A stretch of DNA of 32,157 nt, from NCBI GenBank assembly GCA_964629395.1, contig CAZVTX010000003.1:1-32157 (forward strand), given 5' to 3'. Source of the DNA: an uncultured archaeon (GTDB lineage: Archaea > Asgardarchaeota > Lokiarchaeia > Sigyniarchaeales > SOKP01). Shown in pieces: positions 25,951 through 32,157 of this stretch (position 1 is the first letter of the stretch; each line of letters starts with the position of its first letter). Made by a program: the position numbers and the translations under genes. The notes beneath the pieces are model-generated. The model was not told the origin of the DNA and ran no database searches. It saw only the letters and a list, made by a program, of their open reading frames with translations.

Positions 25951-26759
25951 ATGACTTTAGTTCAAGCTTCTATATGTGAAAATGGAGATACTATTATATT
26001 AATTGCAGATCGCATGCTTTCTTCTTCTATGGGTGAATTTATTCAATATGAAAAAGAAGGAGAGGCATCTAAAATATTTTTATTTGGAAATAATGCTATT
26101 GGATTTGCTGGAACTTTAGATGATATTATCCGAGTAAAAAATAAAATAGAAATAAAAAATAATATAGATGATTTTTTAGAATGTGTTTTAAAAGTAATGA
26201 AAAAAATCAAGGAAAATGAACTTGAAAGATTAATTTTAACTCAGACAATTTGGAAAACTCAGAAAGAATTTATAGAAAATATTCATATATGTCCAAATGA
26301 TTTAAAAAATTTTATTTTTGCAAAAAATGCAAAATTTTCACTTCAATTAAATTGTTTAATTGCGGGTTTTAATGATAACAATGAAGCTAAAATATATTCT
26401 TTAAATAATGAGTATGAAGTAAATGATGTTTCTGATTTATGTTATCATAGTATTGGATCAGGTACTCCTTTTTCAGTTATATTTTTCGATCAAGAAGGTT
26501 ATTCAAAAAAATCTTCTTTAAAAGAAGGATTATATTTTGCTTTCAGAGCTAAAAAAACTGCAGAATCTCATACAGGTGTTGGGCGTTAACTGATATTATA
26601 ATATTAAGAAAAGAAAAGCCTCCTATTGAAATTTTCGCTGATGATGAAATTATGCAAGTATTAAATAAATTATATGATGAAGAGAGAGAAAAAAAATTAA
26701 AACTAAGTAATGAAATTATTAAAAAAATAAATTTGGAGGATTTAATTAAAGATGTTTAA
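25951..26759 (+). pseudogene. Proteasome-beta/HslV-like Ntn-hydrolase gene without propeptide, reading frame interrupted (a -1 shift is needed near 26581..26589)
   Basis: Frame A (25951..26589) gives MTLVQASICENGDTIILIADRM...ASKIFLF.NNAIGFAGTLDD...SIGSGTPFS...AESHTGVGR*. It follows the proteasome-beta pattern: Thr right after Met, an Asp about 17 residues on, a Lys about 33-40 residues on, and G.AGD and GSG motifs. The expected final strands (TDIIILRKEKPPIEIF) and a C-terminal helix are encoded in the -1 frame. That frame is open from 26553 to a TAA at 26757..26759. Confidence 0.6.
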
Positions 26760-26895
26760 ATTAAAAAAAGAAGATTTATGGGATTTAAAAAGGAAAGAAA
26801 CTATTGAGAGATTAATTATTAAAGGAGAAGAATATAAAGATAAAAGCGTGGAAAAATGGAAAAAAAAAATCCAAGAATATATTGAGAAGAAATAA
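26752..26895 (+). CDS. Possible 47-aa Lys/Glu-rich small ORF
   Basis: MFKLKKEDLWDLKRKETIERLIIKGEEYKDKSVEKWKKKIQEYIEKK*. Its ATG overlaps the stop of the shifted Ntn-hydrolase frame (gATGTTTAA). Confidence 0.3.
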   Translation: MFKLKKEDLWDLKRKETIERLIIKGEEYKDKSVEKWKKKIQEYIEKK

Positions 26896-27054
26896 TTCTT
26901 TAATGGCTTTTAAGAAATTTTAAAATAAATTTTTAATAAAGGTTTATTTATAAAAAGATTACATTGATTTAATTAATAAAGCTATAATCTTTTTAAGCAC
27001 TTTTATAGTTTTAAATCTTCCTAAAAATGGGAAAAAAAATTAGGTAAATTAAAT

Positions 27055-27915
27055 TTATTTTTTTATTTTAAAAACAATAGCATTAGAGGGACAAATATCA
27101 ATACATCTATTACAATAATAGCATTCACTTTTGCCGGAATTTCTTTCAGCTTGATGTGTCGGGCAAATTTTCTCACATAAACCGCAATCCGTGCAAGCAT
27201 CTGTTCGCGTTAATTTTCCCAGACTAACATAGCCTACTAAAGAAGCCAACGCACCAAAAGGACAGAAAAGTCGGCACCAAGGACGATAAATGAAAAAACT
27301 TGCAATGAAAGTGATTCCAAGAAATATTGCGGGTACTAACAATAACATTAAACCTGGACTTGTAAATATTTTAAAACCTAAGAACGGATTTATTATTTGT
27401 AAAAGCGCTATACTCCAGAAGATTGCTCCTATTATCAAAATAATAAAAAAGACCCATCTTATTATAGTTGCGGTTCTATACGAAATATCTATTTTATATT
27501 TTATATCTTTTTGCTCTTTTATACTTGATTTAAACTTCAATTTTGAGGCAAGTTCCTGTAAGGCACCTAAAGGACATGCATATCCGCAGAATAGTCTTCC
27601 AAATACAACAACACTTAAAAGCAGTATTATTAAAATAATTATCATCGGCATTATTAAAGTTGTCGCTCCTCCTTTAGTGCTAACATTCAATAGAATGATT
27701 TGAATCGGCATAACGGGATTTGGTAATGCTCCTAATAAGATTCCTCCAAGTAAAAGCGAGATTGTATAAATGATTAGAGCAGATTTTTTACTCATTTTAT
27801 TCTTTATAATTAAGAATATCGCAATTGTGCTTATAACGATCCATATAATGAACATAGGTAAAGCAGCTGATGGATCAAATTGCATAATTTCTTGAGAGAT
27901 TATTTTAATCACCAA
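27055..27915 (-). CDS. Membrane-bound 4Fe-4S polyferredoxin (NapH/NosR/MauN-like)
   Basis: TTG at 27915, with an ATG alternative at 27885. It has about 6 TM segments, two CxxCP-type membrane-proximal motifs (CGYACPLGALQE, CRLFCPFGAL) and two ferredoxin motifs (CTDCGLCEKICP, CYYCNRCIDICP). Confidence 0.8.
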   Translation of the reverse strand: MVIKIISQEIMQFDPSAALPMFIIWIVISTIAIFLIIKNKMSKKSALIIYTISLLLGGILLGALPNPVMPIQIILLNVSTKGGATTLIMPMIIILIILLLSVVVFGRLFCGYACPLGALQELASKLKFKSSIKEQKDIKYKIDISYRTATIIRWVFFIILIIGAIFWSIALLQIINPFLGFKIFTSPGLMLLLVPAIFLGITFIASFFIYRPWCRLFCPFGALASLVGYVSLGKLTRTDACTDCGLCEKICPTHQAERNSGKSECYYCNRCIDICPSNAIVFKIKK

Positions 27916-28001
27916 TTTATTATTTTCTTGATAAATATATCTTTTAAAAGGGAATATTTATTTTCCTTTATATATAAAGTATATTTAAAAAGGAAAAGAA
28001 A

Positions 28002-28655
28002 ATGAAGTCAAAATCCGATATTGTCCAGGTAAAATTTAAGATTGAAATACCAAAAAATAAATGGTTGTCAAGATTTACATATTCTTTTCCTAATCTAAAT
28101 TTTAAAATTCTTTCCAAACTTTTATTAGATGAGAATACTGGGCTTACATTATTACAGATTATCGGATCTAATATAAGAAAATTTCTTTCAGAATTGAAAA
28201 CCGCTTCAGATTTAGTAGATTATCAAATATTATTTCAAAATGAAAATGATATTTTATTAAGCGTTAAAACAAAAGACCCTTGGATTCTCGGCGCTTTAAT
28301 TAAAACCCAATTACTTTTAATTTATCCTTTAATTGTTAAAGAAGGATTCCTTCAAATTAATGCAATTGCAGAGCGGAAGAAAATTGATAGTTTTCTTTCA
28401 GAATTAGAAAATAAAAATATTGATTTTCAAATAAGTAGTATTGGTTATTATTCAGATAATGCATTATTAACTAAAAGACAGGAAGAAATACTTGATCTTA
28501 TCTTAAGAAAAGGATATTTCGATATACCACGTAGAATTTCACTAACGAAATTAGCAAAAGAATTAAACATTTCAGCATCTGCACTTTCTGAAACAATTAG
28601 AAGGATTAGTAAGACCATATTAAATTTTTATAAGAAACAAAATAGAGTTTCATAA
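28002..28655 (+). CDS. HTH_10 (bacterio-opsin-activator-type) archaeal transcriptional regulator
   Basis: The C-terminal LTKRQEEILDLILRKGYFDIPRRISLTKLAKELNISASALSETIRRISKTIL matches the LT.RQ.E.L..A...GYF..PR...L.ELA..LGIS..A.SE.LRR HTH_10 pattern. Confidence 0.8.
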   Translation: MKSKSDIVQVKFKIEIPKNKWLSRFTYSFPNLNFKILSKLLLDENTGLTLLQIIGSNIRKFLSELKTASDLVDYQILFQNENDILLSVKTKDPWILGALIKTQLLLIYPLIVKEGFLQINAIAERKKIDSFLSELENKNIDFQISSIGYYSDNALLTKRQEEILDLILRKGYFDIPRRISLTKLAKELNISASALSETIRRISKTILNFYKKQNRVS

Positions 28656-28702
28656 AAAAGATTTAGGATTTTGTAAATTCCATCTAATAAATTCTCAATA
28701 AA

Positions 28703-29020
28703 TTAATCCTTTTTAGCGAGGCTCTCTAAATATTCATATCCTTCCAATAAATCTTCTTTACTAATTTTAGATTTTACACCTAAATCCGTGATAATATCTA
28801 TAAATTCTAATAAAGGAAGATTTGCTAGATATGCTGCTTTACTTATAGAATATTTTCCTTTAGCATAACCTTTTATAGCTAAATAAATATTCCCATTATT
28901 AATTAGTTCTCTAATCAGTTTAGATTGTTCTTCTTTTTTTATTTCTGAATATCTTTTAATAATTTCCTCTAAATTTTTATTAATTCTTACGGAAATAACT
29001 TTTCCCATTTCATTTATCAC
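28703..29020 (-). CDS. UPF0175-family (antitoxin-like HTH) small protein
   Basis: 105 aa. ISVRINKNLEEII...LAIKGYAKGKYSISKAAYLANLPLLEFIDIITDLGV resembles the UPF0175 pattern (LY..G.lS.gkAAelag....eF...L...gi). Confidence 0.55.
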   Translation of the reverse strand: MINEMGKVISVRINKNLEEIIKRYSEIKKEEQSKLIRELINNGNIYLAIKGYAKGKYSISKAAYLANLPLLEFIDIITDLGVKSKISKEDLLEGYEYLESLAKKD

Positions 29021-29113
29021 CTCGAATTTTCAATTTTATTTTTAAAGTGGATAATTATCTCTTTTTTATACCATTGAAAATTACATCACTTCTTTATCTT
29101 TAATAATAAAATA

Positions 29114-29404
29114 TTATAAAACTGATTCAAGATCATCAAATTCAATTAATTCATAAAGCGAATCTTTACCTGCTGTTTCTTTTTTAATTAATTTTCTGAA
29201 TTTATTCCCAACTTTAAAAATCATACCGTTATTTTGAGCATTTATAATCGCCTCAAGGAGTTCTCCTGTTGTAGGCAAGCTAATTGAATCATCACATTCA
29301 TCTTTAAGAACATCTCTAACATTTGTTTTATTGTATAAAACGCCTATTTTTAATTTATGAAATAAATCAACCATTCTTATGATCCAGTCTCTTTTTACGG
29401 GCAT
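29114..29404 (-). CDS. Hypothetical 96-aa protein with acidic C-terminus
   Basis: The ORF has coding-like composition. It is co-oriented with, and upstream of, the UPF0175 gene. No motif was recognised, and it is not PIN-like. Confidence 0.45.
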   Translation of the reverse strand: MPVKRDWIIRMVDLFHKLKIGVLYNKTNVRDVLKDECDDSISLPTTGELLEAIINAQNNGMIFKVGNKFRKLIKKETAGKDSLYELIEFDDLESVL

Positions 29405-29600
29405 ATATTAAAAATTGTCATCAATCATATAAAAATTTTAAGCGTATTAAATATTATATTTTTATGGATAGTACGATCTTTATTTATATTACATATTACT
29501 TTCTTTAGTATCAATATGTATTTTTTTAGAGAGCTATCGAAATATTTAAATATACTATTTATAATAATTATCTTAGGAAAAAATAAAATTATGAACATAA

Positions 29601-31688
29601 ATGAGGAATAAAAAAATGGCATTCGAAAAAAATGTGAAAAGCTTAGTTCATTTCATGGCTTTTCCGGGACCTAGATTAGGAATGTCTACAATGTTAGGAG
29701 AAGCGCCTGAGAAATATTTATTAGATTCTATCAAATTTATAAAAAGTTTAAAATATTTTGATGGAATAGAAGTAACCCACATTAAGGATCCTGAAATAAA
29801 AGCGAAATTCATAGAAGCAATTAAGGATTTTAAATTTATTACTTATTCTGCTGAACCAATTCAATTAATAAACGAGGATAACCTAATTGCGCCAACGGAT
29901 ATTAGTTCGATTGATGAATTAGAGCGTAAGAATGCCGTTAAGAGATTAAAATTTTACTTAAAGGAAGCATATGAATACGGAGCAAAACAATTTACCTTTT
30001 TAAGCGGTCGGGATCCTGGTACTGAAAATGGTCTAAAAGATCGAAGGGTTGCTTACGGTTCTTTGGTCAAATCGATAAATGAGTTATGCTTATATAATAA
30101 AGAAATTGCAAAAAAGCACAAGAAAAAGCCTATGTTAATGACTTTAGAAACTTTTGATCGTTTAGATGAACCAGGTTGTAAAAATCAATTAATTGGTCCT
30201 TCAGATGAGGCTCGCACTCTAGCTGTTGAGATAAGAAATGTTTATCGTCATCAGGAATTTGGGCTTCTCTACGATTTATCCCATATGTATTTATTAAAGA
30301 ACGGTTATTCTCATGAGACGGTTGATGTATTAAGAGTTATTGCGGATTTTTTAAATTGGGTTCATATTGCCAATAGTGTTTCGGATAAAAATGATCCTAA
30401 TTATGGCGATTTACATGTTTCTATGGATTATCCAAATGGGAATGTAACTCCCGAAGATTTAAAGGAATTCTTAAGAGTCCTTAATGATATTGAATATAAA
30501 GGTGGTATTGGTTTTGAATACATGCCCCGAGGGCGTCAATTAAGTGAATCAGTTATAAAAATTGCAATGGCGGGATTTGAAGAAGCCAGACAGCAAATTG
30601 ATGTTAATTATGCATTAGGCTCTTATAGATTTAAGACAAGGAGATTTTTACCGGAAAAAATCTTCTATATGATTACTGAATTAAAGAAAAATAATATTGA
30701 TGAGATTTTATTTAATGAATATCAAGAGCGTGTCAAAAGAGAACATCCATGGGATTCTAATTTGGTAATAATTGCTGCAGATCATCCCGCGAGAAGAGTT
30801 ACAAATGTTGGCAATGACCCTCTTGCAATGGGTGATAGACAGCAATATTTAGGGAGGATTATTCGCGTTCTTATGCTTGATGAGATTGATGGCGTAATGA
30901 CAACACCTGATATTATGGATGATTTAATACTCCTAAATTATATTCACAAGCAAAATGGAGGAAAGAGCTTTCTTGATAATAAAATCTTAATAGGTTGCAC
31001 TAATAGAGGAGGACTTCAAGGTTCGCAATATGAAATGGATGATTTAGTCACAGCATATACAGTAGAGGATATTCATAAATTAGGGCTCGATGGAGCTAAA
31101 ATGATGTTTCGATTAGATTTAAAAACAAATATGGCAAGATATAGCCAGAGAACTTTAGAAACATGCGCTAAAATGATAAGAGAATGCAATAAATATAATA
31201 TTCCCGCATTTTTAGAACCATTGACCGTAGAGCGCCAAAGAGATGGTAGTTATAGAGTAATACTTACTGCTGATGAGCTAATAAAGACAATCGGAATCGC
31301 AACGGCTTTAGGCGGGAGATCTTCAAATATATGGCTTAAGATTCCTTATGTTGATGATTTTGAACATGTTGTAAGAAGCACTTCAAACCCTATATTAATG
31401 CTCGGCGGTGCCAGTACTGGTAATCCTACTGATATACTGGAAAATTTTGAGAAAGGAATGGGAGCAGGTAAAAATGTGAAAGGATGCCTCGTAGGAAGGA
31501 ATCTTTTATATCCTGGTTACGATGACCCGAGAGCCGTCGGACTTGCAGTATCAAAAATAATTAAAGAGAATCTTAGTACGGAAGAGGCTGTTAAAATTCT
31601 TGCACAAAATCGCGGTAAAGAGATGGATTTATTAACGGCAACTATTATGAACATATCATATACCGCAGATGATATTGGATATTTATAA
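29601..31688 (+). CDS. Two-domain fusion: xylose-isomerase-like TIM-barrel (sugar-phosphate isomerase/epimerase family) plus DhnA/COG1830-type class I aldolase-like TIM barrel
   Basis: An alternative ATG is at 29616. The N-terminal half has LMTLETF, LLYDLSHMY, WVHIANS and IGFEYMP, the E / D..H / H / E metal-ligand spacing of the AP_endonuc_2 family. The C-terminal half has IIAADHPAR, IDGVMTTP, AKMMFRL, WLKIPY (candidate Schiff-base Lys), MLGGAS and CLVGRNLLYP (compare GRN(I/V)FQ of DhnA-type aldolases). Confidence 0.7.
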   Translation: MRNKKMAFEKNVKSLVHFMAFPGPRLGMSTMLGEAPEKYLLDSIKFIKSLKYFDGIEVTHIKDPEIKAKFIEAIKDFKFITYSAEPIQLINEDNLIAPTDISSIDELERKNAVKRLKFYLKEAYEYGAKQFTFLSGRDPGTENGLKDRRVAYGSLVKSINELCLYNKEIAKKHKKKPMLMTLETFDRLDEPGCKNQLIGPSDEARTLAVEIRNVYRHQEFGLLYDLSHMYLLKNGYSHETVDVLRVIADFLNWVHIANSVSDKNDPNYGDLHVSMDYPNGNVTPEDLKEFLRVLNDIEYKGGIGFEYMPRGRQLSESVIKIAMAGFEEARQQIDVNYALGSYRFKTRRFLPEKIFYMITELKKNNIDEILFNEYQERVKREHPWDSNLVIIAADHPARRVTNVGNDPLAMGDRQQYLGRIIRVLMLDEIDGVMTTPDIMDDLILLNYIHKQNGGKSFLDNKILIGCTNRGGLQGSQYEMDDLVTAYTVEDIHKLGLDGAKMMFRLDLKTNMARYSQRTLETCAKMIRECNKYNIPAFLEPLTVERQRDGSYRVILTADELIKTIGIATALGGRSSNIWLKIPYVDDFEHVVRSTSNPILMLGGASTGNPTDILENFEKGMGAGKNVKGCLVGRNLLYPGYDDPRAVGLAVSKIIKENLSTEEAVKILAQNRGKEMDLLTATIMNISYTADDIGYL

Positions 31689-31734
31689 TCTTTTTTATAC
31701 AATTATTTTTAACTTAGCAAAATATAGAAAATAT

Positions 31735-32157
31735 ATGAGATTTCTTTCTTTTCATTGTGATTATTTTTCATATAAAACGACTAAGAGAAGTCGCTCTAAA
31801 ATCTTTGAAGAATTAAATGAAAAAAACAGAGAAGGAAGACTTGAAGATGTTTTGGTCCTTTTTATAAGCGTAGAAAAAAAAGATGAGGAAAATCCCGCAC
31901 TTATAGCAAAAGCTATAATTGAAATTGAGAAGATCACAAATCAACTTAAAATAAATAAAATCGTAATTCTTTCTTTCGCCCATTTATTCGGAAAGTTGAG
32001 CTCACCCGAATTTGGACTTGAAACATTGAAAGATATGGAAAATATTTTGCAAACAAAAGGTTATATGACATTGAGGCCTCCTTTTGGCTGGTTTAACGAA
32101 CTTGAATTAAAGGCAAAAGGACATCCACTGTCCAGAATTTCCCGAAAAATTGAATAA
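31735..32157 (+). CDS. Free-standing archaeal ThrRS-type editing domain (tRNA-Thr-ED / DTD2-like trans-editing deacylase)
   Basis: The ORF track starts at 31669, but the homologous region begins at ATG 31735. MRFLSFHCDYFSYK...RLEDVLVLFISVEKKDEENP...FAHLFGKLSSP...PPFGWFNELELKAKGHPLSRISRKIE is collinear with the Pyrococcus ThrRS N-terminal editing domain as I recall it (MRVLLIHSDYIEYE...MEEVLVAFISVEKVDEKNP...FAHLSSELAKP...[25 protein letters not shown]). The stop codon is the last triplet of the window. Confidence 0.8.
   Translation: MRFLSFHCDYFSYKTTKRSRSKIFEELNEKNREGRLEDVLVLFISVEKKDEENPALIAKAIIEIEKITNQLKINKIVILSFAHLFGKLSSPEFGLETLKDMENILQTKGYMTLRPPFGWFNELELKAKGHPLSRISRKIE

Noticed and set aside
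26551-26557. The A7 run as the site of the frameshift in the proteasome-like gene
   Set aside because: Shifting here would give KNCRISYRCWAL instead of KKTAESHTGVG. The latter fits the beta-subunit pattern (A...D..sG) better, so the frame change is more likely at about 26581..26589. I kept it as a caveat only.
27290-27703. A 137-aa plus-strand ORF opposite the polyferredoxin gene
   Set aside because: It is a shadow of the minus-strand gene, which has four unmistakable Cys motifs. The plus-strand translation is Ile/Lys/Asn-rich with no motifs.
29425-29622. A 65-aa minus-strand ORF (MPFFYSSFMFIILFFPKIIIINSIF...)
   Set aside because: It lies in the AT-rich divergent promoter spacer, overlaps the start of the 29601 gene, and has a composition typical of random AT-rich translation.
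934-31702. Short antisense or overlapping ORFs in the track: 934..1119, 1340..1528, 2373..2633, 3440..3628, 4231..4413, 4615..4800, 8584..8817, 9433..9648, 13915..14163, 16470..16808, 16570..16860, 18531..18773, 18974..19231, 24076..24258, 24749..24949, 25294..25512, 31517..31702
   Set aside because: Each lies wholly inside a longer ORF that has clear family motifs on the other strand or in another frame. Their translations are low-complexity or hydrophobic shadow-frame products.
1-32157. TATA-box/BRE-like strings (TTTATA, TATATA) upstream of many genes, and oligo-T tracts after stops as archaeal terminators
   Set aside because: At this AT content such strings occur nearly everywhere, including inside genes. 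Without TSS or 3'-end data, individual calls would not be supportable.
1-32157. Search for tRNA/rRNA genes, CRISPR repeats, transposase/integrase genes and terminal inverted repeats
   Set aside because: I saw no GC-rich cloverleaf-like islands, no regularly spaced direct repeats and no DDE/tyrosine-recombinase-like translations in any listed frame. A tRNAscan/Infernal run would be needed to be certain.

Overview
All calls below come from reading the translations by eye; no searches were run. This is a very AT-rich archaeal chromosomal segment with about 32 protein-coding genes on both strands. I saw no rRNA, tRNA, CRISPR array or transposase.

The gene content suggests an Asgard (Lokiarchaeia-like) archaeon, which is an inference. 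It includes an archaeal-type ThrRS editing domain, an HTH_10 regulator, a Zn-ribbon-type ThrC, a DRG GTPase with TGS domain, a clearly actin-like ATPase and longin-like small domains.

Housekeeping and metabolic genes:
- FolD
- a P1B-2 Zn/Cd-type ATPase
- a GDPD phosphodiesterase
- a nitronate monooxygenase-like enzyme
- a flavin reductase
- an M28 peptidase
- an ECF S-component
- a CBS protein
- a ModE-N-like regulator

Unusual loci, roughly in order of interest:
1. An actin-fold protein carries a roughly 135-codon insert with two CPxCG zinc ribbons.
2. Two paralogous longin-like proteins bracket a DRG-family GTPase whose G1/G2/G3 motifs deviate from what I recall as canonical. One of them is fused to a long coiled coil.
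3. A tightly linked gene pair encodes a DnaJ-CR-type (4x CxxCxG) zinc-finger protein and a 4-TM protein. The 4-TM protein has a helical C-terminal domain with an RNxxAH (HEPN-like Rx4H) motif, making this a candidate uncharacterised membrane RNase or defence-type module.
4. A threonine-synthase-like PLP enzyme is fused to a C-terminal wHTH. Its conserved N-terminal Zn ribbon has no ATG/GTG/TTG start but sits behind a perfect AAGGAGGT plus an ATT codon.
5. A propeptide-less proteasome-beta/HslV-like Ntn-hydrolase gene needs a -1 frame change to encode its last strands.
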